Positions 25,560 through 38,083 of a DNA stretch of 64,000 nucleotides are shown here, in pieces. Position 1 is the stretch's first letter. Every line of letters starts with the position of its first letter. The notes below the pieces were generated by a model. It had not been told where the DNA came from. It saw only the letters and a program-made list of their open reading frames with translations, and made no database searches. Source of the DNA: Octopus vulgaris (Eukaryota); the NCBI GenBank assembly GCA_951406725.2, contig OX597820.1, forward strand, positions 52,266,001-52,330,000. The letters run 5' to 3'. The position numbers and the translations under genes are program-made.

Positions 25560-26320
25560 GATATAAACGATATCAATTTTAATTTATGTGCCAAACGAAA
25601 CAGAGGAAGGGAGATAACCTTTATTTAAACCCCTATTTTCGTTCTAAAAGTAAATCTATGTCTTCCAAAGATAGTTACACTAAAAATAAGGTAACTAATA
25701 GTAAAACCATTTGGTTAATTATTCCTTATGGGGGTCAAATTAAATATAATCTTCCTGTGCTGTTTCGTGAAGCTATTATTAGGAATTTTCCAAAGAATAC
25801 TAGGTATTACTCTATTACCAACTCATACACGGTTAGGACTGGTTTTTCCAACGCAAAAAACATCTTACAAATTATCTCCTCAGATGATATTAGCCTGTTA
25901 AATTGGGATACATTCACTTGTACTAACATTAATTTAGCTAATACGATCCATCCACCTAGAAATATTAATAACAAGGTTATTGTAACTGAAATCAATTACA
26001 ACAGTATCAAGTTTATGTCAAGTAACTCAAAAATTAAAAATTCTACATGCCAGTGTAAATTTACTTCTTGTAACGAAGTATTTTTTATATAAGCAGCTCA
26101 TCTTCGCAGTTATCTAAATGAAATTCTAACCATTACTCTACATCTAGGCATAGGAATAAATGTAACAGTACAAGGCTTAATAAATTAATTTGGTATCTAA
26201 AAGACCACAATAAACAATTTAATTTAGAGTGGTTGATACTTTCAGTTTCGATACCTTATGATAAAGGCAAGGAATTGTATCCTCTCTGTAATCTTGAAAT
26301 ATCTTTTAATTCTTTTTTCT
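25560..26320 (+). mobile_element. Penelope-like element: linker plus GIY-YIG endonuclease remnant
   Basis: KTIWLIIPYGGQIKYN...IIRNFPKN...NSYTVRTGFSNAKNILQII resembles IIWFNPPY...HFP...NTVKxSYSCMxN; then NHYSTSRH...STRLNKLIWYLKD...LEWLIL...PY...LCNLE at about 26128-26305. Confidence 0.8.
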
Positions 26321-26699
26321 AAAATTCCCTTGTAAACCGGTTATAGAGCGTACATACCGACGTTAACATTGGCAGAAACACACATTTAGTTCATATAAGT
26401 GAAATCCATCATTATATATAATTTAAATGTTACATTTCGTCTTACATTTCACATTCGCTAGGTATAACTTTTTCCAAGATTTTAGGGTTTTATTTAATTT
26501 ACATATCATTATATACTTTTCATTTATTTGTTTTTTCCTTTCCTTTAACCCTCTGCTTTCTATAGGCTACCTTTGACGTTATATCCTCTAGCATCTTTTT
26601 AAAACAAACTTAATAGCGTTCAGTTAGTCACTATACAAATCCATCATGTTCTGTTAAAATGTCTCCCTTTTTTAGGGAAATAGCGAGCAAGTGTGGTGA

Positions 26700-27690
26700 A
26701 GAATTGTTTCGCGATCTTGGATGAGATGTTTGAGGCCCAGATTTCGTTTACCAAAGTATATCATGGTTTCTGTATTTTCTGTTAGGTCAGTTTGTTCGGG
26801 TGTTTGGAGAGGCGTTGGGATTTTGTGGCGTTAGGTGTTTAATATGTTATCTATTACTTATTTTCTCTAAATCATAGTTGGTTCTCATGCATTTGGTTTG
26901 GTTAGTGTATTCTTACGGCTTGGGATTTTATTATCTAGGTTATTAACTTTGTGTGTGGTTTGTATTGTGCTTTGTAAGGTTATTATAATTATTCGTAATA
27001 TTACTCACTGAATTATTAGAGATAATATTATTATAACTACTACCAGGGCTGTATTGGGTTTTCCCATGGTATCCAACCTTAGCAAGGTCTCTGTTATAAT
27101 AACGTGCATGTTTGTTGTATATATTCTCGTTGGCGGATAATCTAGATATTCTGGCTGCTCTTAACTAGTCCCCTAATTATTGATTGTGGATAATCAGATC
27201 TAACATTTATGTATGTAAGGCTCTCATTCGGTTCGTGTATACCAGTATCCAAATCGAAAGTAGCATCTGAAACTTTACTCAGCAGTACTTGCGATTTATG
27301 GTGATAGAGATCCGAATTATTTTAAAAAACTTAAATGAGGATTTCTTGTATTTTTCTCGCTGTATTTTATCGCATTTATGTATGAACAATAATGCGTCCC
27401 CTCAGTATAAGCATCCACTCATTCCTGAAATATATAACTGTATCGGGGATAGGATGTAGATTTCAACATGTCTGTTACTTCTGCAGAATCTGACGATCGC
27501 ATAGCGATATCAAATGGCCATAATATATTATCCAAATCTACCAGTATTCCACTCGCGGTTAATATCTTAATTTCGTATCTAGAAAGATCAAAAATATTTC
27601 CAGCATAGATTAAAGCCTTATTTAAGAGGATAGGGATATTGTTAGCGTAATATCCCTCAATGTCTAGTTGAATGAATTTACTGTGTTTAT
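26700..27690 (-). mobile_element. Penelope-like element RT remnant
   Basis: Minus strand FIQLDIEGYY..LLNKAL (motif A), FDIAMRSSDSAEV (motif B), CLY*GDAL (motif C, decayed), DATFDLDTG...YINVRSDYPQSII and RISRLSANE...GY (thumb). Confidence 0.8.
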
Positions 27691-27734
27691 TTTACATTCT
27701 GGCACAGATTGGTATATATATATGTTTTATTTCG

Positions 27735-27955
27735 TCGCTGAGCTCGCAGAATCGTTAGCACGCCGGGTGAAGTGCTTAGCGGTATTTCGTAGAGCTGTTA
27801 TGCTCTGAGTTCAAATTGTACCGAAGTCGGCTTTGTTTTCATCATTTCGGGGTCGATTAAATAAGTAACAGTTACCCATTGGGATCGATGTAATTGACCT
27901 AATCCCATTATTTGCCACCTCTCTGTTTAGGCCACTGTGGACAATAAAGAAATAA
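27735..27955 (+). mobile_element. SINE family B copy
   Basis: GCAGAATCGTTAGCACGCCGGG...GAGTTCAAATT...TTCGGGGTCGATTAAATAAGT. Confidence 0.85.
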
Positions 27956-27957
27956 AT

Positions 27958-29480
27958 ATATTTCATTTTCGGCTTTTAACGCCACTATCACTGTGTCTTC
28001 TAGTGGTACACTGTATTTTGGTATTAACCTTGACAAACCATCCGTATGTCCTAAGTTTTTCGATGGCAAATACACCATCTTGAAGTCGTAATCAGCAGGA
28101 TCGTTTCTAGCGCTGCAATTTATTGCCTGTATGAGTGAGGATACACTTTTTTATCCGTTGAGCGACAATAATGAGCGGTGGTCTCTCCGCAAGCGAAACA
28201 TTCTTCCACGTATATATATTTATGGAACATTTTTCAGCTGGCAATACTGAACACGGAGCAAGAGCTACCGCTTTAAGGCTACCATCTTCATATTTGTGTA
28301 AAATCATAGCTCCAATAGCACTTTCACTAGCTTCTGCTGCCACTAATATTTCTAAATTTGGTTCAATGTGATAACGTCAATTCCGACGTTAAGATATTTT
28401 TAATGTTTTCAAAACCTTTTTGGTATTTGTCCGAGCAGTTCCACTTCACGTCTTTTTTTAATAGGGTATTCAAGGGTGGTCTTAAATTGTACGTATTCGG
28501 TATGTATACCTGATAGTAATCTTCAAGCCCCCAAAATGCTTGTAAGGCATAATTTTCATTGCCAATAATCTACCCTAGATGATTTATTCATGACATAAAA
28601 AATCCCACTTGTCTTCACTTAGCTTAAAATTATATTCTTTTATTCTTTCGAAGACCTTTTTAGCATGCTCAGTATGCGGACCTCTAGATTCACTTTTTAT
28701 GCCTATGTCGTCAAGGTAAGCTACAGCAAAATCCGAACCTGCTTGCATAATGTCCATAATTTGTTGGAAAATGCCTGTTGCTATCTTTATACCTAAGGGG
28801 AGTTCATTAAATGTATACAACTCTTTGTGAGTATGTATTGTCAATAATTTTGAACATTTCTCATCGACTTTTACCTGCAAATATGCTTCAGATAGGTCCA
28901 ACTTGGAAAAGCATTTTCTTCCATTCAATTTCGCGAAAATTTATTCCGGACTCGGTAACGGATAATTATATGGTATCGTTCATCAGCTTACTTCCATTGA
29001 GAAATCAGCAGACACTCAGATTTTATTATTTTTGCTACTGACATAAACTGTAGGGGATGTCCATTCTGAGTAATCAATTTTTTTAATAACGCCAAGCTTT
29101 TCAAATCTATCCAATTCTCCGTTGACTTGTTTCAATGATGCGGAAATATATCGTACTTCGTCTCTGTTTTGATGCAAAGACTCAATTCTTCAGACACAAC
29201 TCCAGCAAAAAGTTTTATTAATTCTTTTTTTAATCTTCCAACGCTTTATTAGTATGGGCGAAGAACCATTCACATTCTCACAAAAATATTTATAGGGATG
29301 TCCCATAAGTTAAATAGTTTCCGACCAGTCTTTTTCGAAACAAATTTCTTGTATTTTCAACAAAAAACCTTAGCTTTCAAAGTTTTATACAATTATTTAT
29401 GCTATTTATTTTTACTTTATCTTTACTCCTGTTTATTTTTCTAGTTATTTGGTCACATTAATAATAGTAAATTCCTTAAA
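27958..29480 (-). mobile_element. Gypsy/Ty3 LTR retrotransposon pol remnant (RT-RNase H)
   Basis: FSKLDLSEAYLQ...LPLGIKIATGIFQQIMD...AYLDDI (RT); AAEASESAIGAMILH (RNase H); LQR...YDFKMVYLPSKNLGHTDGLSRL. Confidence 0.92.
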
Positions 29481-30286
29481 TTTTATCTATCACTTTCACG
29501 AAATTTTCTAATGAATTTTTGCTATGAAACAATACAATATATCTTTATTAAACAGAGCAAATCAATTACGTTTCATCCAATTACAGTGTTCTCTACGTTG
29601 TATAAGTGGAGAGGGAATTTAGCGTGCTTATTTAGAGTTGAATTGCTGATGCAATCATGGAGTTCCAGTGAGCTGATGAGGGAGCATTCTTTATTTGCAT
29701 TAATGCGTGTATATACGAATATATTGTATAACATTCAGCTGATATATTAATGTAAACATCTACAAATAAATTTCCTCCATACTGAAGTGATTACTCAATG
29801 AAGTTTGCGAAACAGTAGTAATCCTATGGAAATTTCGTAGTTAAATAAAAATATACATTCACTTCCAATACTTCCAGACATTCCCTACGCGCGGTCACAC
29901 ATACACATTATATAAACATAAGTGTGTGTGTGTGTATTTAAATGCGAGTATATGTGTGCTGTGTTTGTACGTACCTCTGTTTGAGTATGCATGAGTAATA
30001 AAAACATTAAAAATGAAATCCATATTTTATATAAGTAAAAAAAATGGAAGCATACAGTATTAATTATATGACATATTTTGCTTTCCTAAAAGCAAACACC
30101 ACACATAGTTTACGGTGTATTACTTATGAAATTTTGCTTATTGCTTTACTTTGCTCTTTCGCTGCAACTTATATTTTGTTTTTACCAGTCACTTAATAAT
30201 ATATACATTATTAAGGTGGTGCTATTAAGTTAGACATGGCCTGGGCCAATAATGGCCGAAACCTATCAAAGTATCAAAGTATCAAA

Positions 30287-30343
<57 letters not shown>

Positions 30344-30346
<3 letters not shown>

Positions 30347-30808
30347 AACGTAGGAAGATCTTTCAAGAATGTCCGCGAATAATGTGAGTTTCTTATCACG
30401 ACTGAAAAGATTTCAAAACGATAAACCGCAAATAATTTATCCCAGTTGATGAGTTGATATCATGAGCTACTAATAGTTTCTCGCTGGAGAAACACAATAA
30501 GAGGCTTCCAAATAGGAAAGCGTTGTGCTAGAAAGACCAGTAGAGATCTCAAGACCACAAAAAAGGATAAATTCACGAATGGCGGTCTGTATGTCTGATA
30601 TCTAAAGGCTGTCCCACTGAAGATAACTGGCCTTCAGCAAATAATTTTTTACTGGAAATAGCTAGAAACCGTCGGTCTGGGAAATAATTGAAATGGTAAA
30701 CGTTTTTAATTTTCATCTCTTTCGTGAATTTATCCTTTTTTGTGGTCTTGAGATTTCTACTGCTCTTTATAGCACAACGCTTTTCTATTTGGAAGCCTCT
30801 TATTGCAT
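30344..30808. mobile_element. Fold-back element (85 bp arms, 30495-30579 / 30721-30805) with a hammerhead in the spacer, inside a (TA)n tract
   Basis: CAATAAGAGGCTTCCAAATAGGAAAGCGTTGTGCTA...GGATAAATTCACGAA is matched by its reverse complement. TA tracts at about 30287-30343 and 30809-30914. Confidence 0.8.
30612..30682 (+). ncRNA. Type I hammerhead ribozyme
   Basis: Stem I TCCCA(30612-16)/TGGGA(30678-82); core CTGAAGA(30617-23); stem II TAAC/GCTA (one mismatch) with a long extension; GAAA(30665-68); stem III CCG-T-CGG; GUC cleavage site, cut after 30677. Confidence 0.85.
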
Positions 30809-30809
30809 G

Positions 30810-30913
<104 letters not shown>

Positions 30914-30914
30914 T

Positions 30915-31177
30915 AGCATTATTAAATCTCAGCTCAGAACGAGATGTAAACAGTAATCGCTCGACAAGTATAAAGCCATCTCAATATGGCTCACCACAAA
31001 GGGGAGGGGTGTTACTGTAGCTTTTTAGCCCCAGGAGATCATCGTCTCCAGCTGGCTTTAGAGACACTTTCTGTGCCCTTTAGGTATTTGCAAAGGGTGA
31101 TCTCTTGGGGCTAAAAAGCTACAGTAACACCCCTCCCCTTTGTTTTTAGCCATATTGAGATGGCTTTTATACTTTAC

Positions 31178-31178
<1 letters not shown>
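30915..31178. mobile_element. Fold-back element (arms about 30966-31041 / 31098-31174) between TA tracts
   Basis: AAGTATAAAGCCATCTCAATATGGCT...GGGGAGGGGTGTTACTGTAGCTTTTTAGCCCCAGGAGATCA is matched by its reverse complement. Confidence 0.75.
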
Positions 31179-31202
<24 letters not shown>

Positions 31203-31209
<7 letters not shown>

Positions 31210-31501
31210 ATCACGTGACCGACCAGTCCATCAGATGTAGTTACACATCGCTGGTCACAATGAGTTCGCATTGTTTTAGCCTTCGAATGACGCCACCCCG
31301 CTGGCTAAGCGAGCAGGCCAACAGAAGAAAGAGTGGGAGAAAGAGTCATGAAAGAGTACAGCAGGGATCACCACCCCCTGCCTGAGACTCGTGGAACTTT
31401 TTAGGTGTTTTCGCTCAATAAACACTCACAACGCCCGGTCTGGGAGTCGAAACCGCGATCCTACGACCGCGAGTCCGCTGCCCTAACCACTGGGCCATTG
31501 C
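31203..31501 (-). mobile_element. tRNA-derived SINE, family C
   Basis: Minus strand GCAATGGCCCAGTGGTTAGGGCAGCGGACTCGCGGTCGTAGGATCGCGGTTTCGACTCCCAGACC tRNA-like head, followed by a non-tRNA body. Confidence 0.8.
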
Positions 31502-32109
31502 ATACATACATACACACACACGTAGTGGGGAAGGGTTGTGTGTGTGTATCATCGTCCTCATCATCATTTAAATTCCATTTTTCATGCCGCTGTGACTCGT
31601 GGGTTTGAAAGGAGTTGGCCAACTGAAGAGCTCTCCGGGTTCCCTGTCTTTTCCGGCATGGGTTCTACCGTTGGAAGGCTTCCTAACGCCAAACAATTCA
31701 GTTTGTACTGGGTGATTTTATGCAGAGACTGTAAAGGTGCGCTTAGCTAGCACCAGTGCGGATGCCTTTTACGTAGCACCATCCCCCAAGAAACCGCAAG
31801 TTTAGGAATGCTCAACTGGAGATTGATGCAGGGCCATGTCGGTATGGAAGGACACCACCTTTATACTGACCTTAAATTGTCTTCTTATATATAAGTACTA
31901 AAACTGCAAAAACATCATAAAATTATAATAAAAATCTGCTACTCAGTATTTCAGGTTCCCGTTCGTCGGAGAGTTGTGATTGAGGACGTGAAACTCCGAG
32001 TACCAATTTTTGTGATATTTTTGCGATGTCTTTGCAGATTTAATCATAAATCGTATTTCGAACTATTTTTTCTCACCTTGTTTCACATTTATGAGCTTAC
32101 TCTGGTATG

Positions 32110-32178
<69 letters not shown>

Positions 32179-32535
32179 GTGTGTATGTGTGCATGTGTGT
32201 GTGTACATGTGTGCATGTGTGTTTGTACATGTATGCATTTTGGTGTGTCTGTGTGGAGGCGAGTGGCTTGGTGATTAGCATATTGCAGTTATGTTCACAA
32301 GATTGTGTTTTCGCTTCCTGCACCGAGTGATGCGTAGCTTCCTTGAGCACTCCAGCTTACTCAGGTACCAAGAATAAGTAATAAGGTCACATACCAGTGT
32401 GCTGCTTAGGGGGCGAGGACATGTACGAAACAAATTTCGAGAAACTGTCTCTATGACCACTTAACTCGTGAAAGAACTTTCATCACTTTCATGCAAACAC
32501 AGCATGCATATATATATATTTATATATCTATATTT

Positions 32536-32579
<44 letters not shown>

Positions 32580-32700
32580 TTATACATGTGCATGCATCTA
32601 TATACACATGGGAACATATGTGTGTGTCTCTGTTCATATAGATTCGTAGATGATATTTTCGTGGGTGTTTATAGTTATGTACAAGACGTGATGTCGCGAT

Positions 32701-32752
32701 GAAGAAGAAGAAGAAGAAGAAGAAGAAGAAGAAGAAGAAGAAGAAGAAGAAG

Positions 32753-32790
<38 letters not shown>
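32701..32790 (+). repeat. Compound (GAA)18(CAA)12 microsatellite
   Basis: Read directly from the sequence. Confidence 0.95.
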
Positions 32791-33009
32791 GAATATACGG
32801 TTTTTATATCATGAGATTTTTTTTACACGACAAAAATGTAGTATACTACCGGTTCTTTAGTATTTGGTGATGACCAATATTTCTGAATGGTGTGACCGTA
32901 AAGACGGATTAGTATCCATGAGAAACATAATTAGCTTGAAACCATACTTCATACAATGTACATTTTGCATAGTCCATATATACTTGATTTAATTCAGTGT
33001 GACTGTACT

Positions 33010-33060
<51 letters not shown>

Positions 33061-33217
33061 GTGTACATGTATAGGAATATGTGCATCTAAAACTACAAGG
33101 GATGATACATAAATATTATTTAATTCTATGAAGTAACTTCAAGTACATCCGCTCAGTTTTATTTCTACACCTCGATACCTCAATGAATTGCAATACACAT
33201 ACTCACGCACACAAACT

Positions 33218-33265
<48 letters not shown>

Positions 33266-33590
33266 AGCAATATGTTTATAGAGAGAAACAGAATGTGAAG
33301 GAGATAATAGTATGAATGTGACGGATGCTAAGTGCAAGCTATAGAAAGTTCAGATAATGGAAATGAATAAATTATCCATTCAGCTAACACATTTGGATTA
33401 TGTCTCGTTCATGAATTCGCCTGTCATCATGGATTACGTTAATCCATGTTGACATGTATATTTGTATCTAGAAATACAAATAGGTAATTGCCAGTCATTG
33501 AGCTTGACAATGTAATTAGGACTATGTAAATGCATCTATGCAAACAAGCACTCACGAAAGTACTCACAAGGTAGCTTCTACGAGTAAGCT

Positions 33591-33649
<59 letters not shown>

Positions 33650-34055
33650 CTATGTATATACATGCTTGTGTTTGTGTGTGTATGTATATCTATATTTTCA
33701 TGTGTATATCTCATTTTATCTTTCTTAATTCCATGCCCGTCTTTTCATACAGGGTATCGATCGGAATTTTAGATTTTAGACTTTTTTATCCGTTAGAGAT
33801 TATGTGCACTTCTTTGAATGTTATTTGTTCGCTCTATACGTATACGCTTTTTCACTGACGCACATTCGCTTTACTGACATTATGTTATATTTGTTGGTTT
33901 ATCTGTACCTTATTTGATACTCCAAGATGTATTATTTATTTTCTTAGTTTTCTCTCTGCTTCTCTCCACACTTATGCATATATGAAAGTAAGCACGTTTG
34001 TGTACATACATACTTACATATATTATTCTTTAACAAAAACGGTATTAAGAGTGAA

Positions 34056-34720
34056 TCAATGTTCCTTGGCTACAGTTGCACTATAGAAAATATTACTTGA
34101 GAGCAAGTTCATTTCTAGAAGGGAGAGAGAAGGAGCTACCATTGTTATACGTGTTTTTATCACCATGGTTGGGACGAGAGGGTTTTGGACTATACTAAAA
34201 ATAATATGGGTTTCATTGTAGAAATTTCTTTGATCTAGGTAACATTTAAAGCTACACATTCGGTTTTTATTTCTTGGAGATTGTATAAGAAAGAAAGTAG
34301 TTAAGAGCATCTTGACTTATCTGGTAAAGGCTGTTTGTCTTCTCTGATCTTACAAACATTTCGGTTTGTTATTATCGGCTCGACTTTCTGTTTCAGTTAT
34401 TTCTGCTGCCCGTTCGGTTGCATGTTAAATTGTATTGCTTTAACATTTTGAATAGATCTTCGTCAAAGGTTTGTAGCAATAGATTGGTTTGTGGATATTT
34501 AATCGTCTTAAAACCATTGTTGTTAGTGGGATATTTCTCCTGTCAGTATTTTTCGTAATGATAAATTCTCCATGTATGTCTTTTGGTAAAATATTTGGAT
34601 TAGTGTTTCAGGAATTGATTCTTGGATAGCATTTATATTTTTTTCATAGAGAAATGTATTGGGCGTTTCTGCAACTTTTGCTGTTTTACAATTAATGTTA
34701 TGAGAGCACACACGTCATAA
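34056..34720 (-). mobile_element. Possible decayed PLE N-terminal region
   Basis: PSLSLLEMNLLSSNIFYSAT loosely resembles the LSxxExxLLxKGLxFxPT motif upstream of PLE RTs. Confidence 0.3.
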
Positions 34721-37312
34721 CCTAGTTATATTAATATTTGTTTTTTTTTCTTTCTTGCTAAGTTATGATAAAACATTTGTACATTAAAGTGAAGAAATAC
34801 TCAATAATTTTAGCAGAATGCATGTTTATCATTGTTTAACCAGAATAGTATTGACAGTGACTTGGAAGTTCCTGCACCTGAAAATTTTAAGTTAACTTAG
34901 ACTATATAATGCGAAGGTAATCTCAAATATATCACAGTCCGATGATAGTTTAGCAGGCAGTAACGTATGTGTGTATGTGTGTATGTGTATATGTACCTTT
35001 GTATATAAGCGGGCAAGTATGAGTATGCACATTTACTGAAAAACTCTACACTCATGACCTATGTATTATTTTATTATTTAGTGTTTTGTCATGAATTTTT
35101 TTTCATGAGAAATTAACGTTAGGATTGAACTTGAGACGCCTTCTCCGTAATAATACAACGCACAAGCGAATGGTTAGGCTTCCACAAAACTTGAAATCCT
35201 CTTTGGCAACGAGCAAACACTACAAAATATCTACAATGGATACTTATAGTCCCTTGAGGTGTGTTCTCTTTGATTGAATATGTTGAGGATGCACACAGCT
35301 ATAACAGAAGCTAGTGATAATTTCCCACCCATCCAGTATTAATCAGTGAAGCTTCAATTCTACTGGTGAACATTTGTTGGACGTACATTTTCTTGATAAA
35401 TTCATTTTTAAAGCGTACATGAATTAAAATTCAAGAATTTTCATATAAATTACCATTCAAATTAACATCTCAAATACATGTATTCCAATATACGACATTA
35501 AACAATGACAGGAATATAATAGGAAACAGCAATATGCAAATATCTTATGAAAGATTAAAAACCTCTTCAGAATGCAGCAACACTTTATGCCACTAGCAAG
35601 TTTCATATCGCTGAAACATAAATGAGAACTTGAACGTAAAAATAATTAATAATTCCTTACAAAAGCTGACGGTTTCATGTTTATAAAGAATGTCCTGAAT
35701 GGACAACCAGGTGGACACAAACATAAATTTAACTTGAAGATTAGATCTGATTCACAAGATTGAATGTATAGATTGTATTAAATTATCTGGCAGTATCTTT
35801 CTAATGGTTCTATCACAGTCATACCGCTTGTGAGAATAGCGTGGTTTCTCATGAAAACAGCCATATTATAAACGAAAAGAACATTAATCATGAATCAACA
35901 AGAAAACCTTTACGTCGTCCCGTGACCTGCAAGCAGATCTCTCTCAAATTCCGCATTACTCGCTTAAGGAAAGAATGGAACATAGGACACTTTAGTCATA
36001 GATATTCAAACATTCAATTGCGTCATAACTAGATCTACTCAACCACATGTGACCTAAAGTGAAACCACACCAAGAATATCAACATTAATCAGCTCAAAAT
36101 CCAGTGACATCCTGAAGAATTCCTTCAAAAATATTTCTGCCACAACACTTACGAGCATCTCCATAATGAGAAATAAATTTTCTATTACACATTTTGTTGA
36201 ACTAATGAGAGAGCATCTTCCTAAACACATGACCTACTAGAAATAGAAGTGAAATAAAGTCCCGATCGCATGTTATCATTCGTTTAGGAGACCCGTTAGG
36301 TGATGTGGTTTTATATATGAATTATGTTTGTAAAACAGATGTGATCAAGGTTGTAAATATGTATAGAAATAAATCAGGTTGATGAAGTCTGGCGCAGGCG
36401 AGAAGTAGAATGAAGAGGAGGAAAAGGAAGCAGTGGAAGAGGATAATGAGGGGGGAGAGGAGAAGGAGAGATATATGTAATTAAGAATGCAAAATACAGG
36501 TTGACCATATTATTTCCGAATGTTTCAAAAAGAATATTCATTCAATGTAGATGTAAATTATACCGTGGAAGAAGTCGGTTTACTGTAACAGAAAAGAAAA
36601 TACTACCGCTCCATCAGTACCTGTCGATGGAAAGTATTTAGGATGATGTGTCTCTATAGATGACAAGTGAGTGATTGGTAGCCACAGAGATTAGTATTAT
36701 GAAGCCATACGTCATACAAAATAGACATCATTCTGATATTCTTGGACTAATTCAGTAACTGTTTTTCACAATGTAGACAAATATTACAGCAACATAGAAA
36801 CCCAAATGTTGACATCTGCCATAGATTCAATAAAAGAAGTGCGTGACATCCGAGTTTTGAAGAAACTCATAAACTTCCGCTATTTTCTAGTTCTCTGAAA
36901 GCTAAATAACGAGCAAGAGATTATGAATCCTTTATAAATTGCTTTGAAGAAGCTGTCATCAAGTTTCATTTCAACAGTCTGTGGAAATGTGTTGTGACAT
37001 CTTGTATTGTTACATACAAACATGAATACACGCATGCACAGACACGCATACACACACACACACACGCACACACACACACACACGCATCACGCATATATAG
37101 ATATTAAGAGATTAATATACAAATACACGCATAGAGAAGGGAGAACGGAGGGCAGAGAGTAAGTTGGAAAGTAAGAGAAAGATGAGAAGAGAAGGTCAGA
37201 GAAGTAGATATTGCAAAAAAAAAAGAAAATAGAGAGAGAGATTGAAAGAATGTGGAATTCCGCACTTTAAAAAATTGGTAACTACCATTAGCAATATTCT
37301 TTCTGCTATAAG

Positions 37313-37735
37313 CCGGTGAACTGGTAGAATCGTTAGCACTCTGGGCGAAATGCTTAGCAGCATTTCGTCGGTCTTGACATTATGAGGTGAAATGCCGTTG
37401 AGATCGACTTTCACTTTCATCCTTTCGGAGTCAATAAAATAAGTACCAGTAAAATACTGAGGTTGATGTATTCGACTTACTTGATATCCCGAAATCGCGG
37501 GCATTATGCCAAAATTTGTAGTCAATATTCTTTATATTACAAGCACAAGGCCTGACATTTTATATGAGGAGAGCTTAGTCGATTGCATCAGCTGTACTAT
37601 TCGATTGTTTCTTATTTCATCGACTCCCGAAAGTATGAAAGCCAAAGTCGTCATGTGAACTTATAACGTAATACAAGAAGAAATGCCACAAAGCATTATT
37701 TTCCGGTACTGTAACGATTCTGCACGCTCGCCGCT
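37313..37735. mobile_element. Two diverged SINE family B copies in opposite orientation (+ 37313-37520, - 37545-37735)
   Basis: Family B head and core motifs on both strands. Confidence 0.7.
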
Positions 37736-37863
37736 TTCTCTCACTAGTAATATGAAGTTAGGTGAATAATAATTTAAAAAACTAATATCACAATTTGTGT
37801 GTGTGTGTGTGTGTGTGGTGTGTGTGCGTGTGTGTGTGCGATCGTGTATGTATATGTATGTAA

Positions 37864-37909
<46 letters not shown>

Positions 37910-37950
37910 ATAAAGACATATATAAATACACATATATATATGTATATATA

Positions 37951-38083
<133 letters not shown>

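Noticed and set aside
31430-31501. tRNA gene
   Set aside because: The tRNA-like head lacks a proper acceptor stem and continues into a SINE body; the same applies to the other SINE heads.
35500-36200. Possible very old Tc1/mariner coding remnant
   Set aside because: No catalytic motif could be read with confidence.
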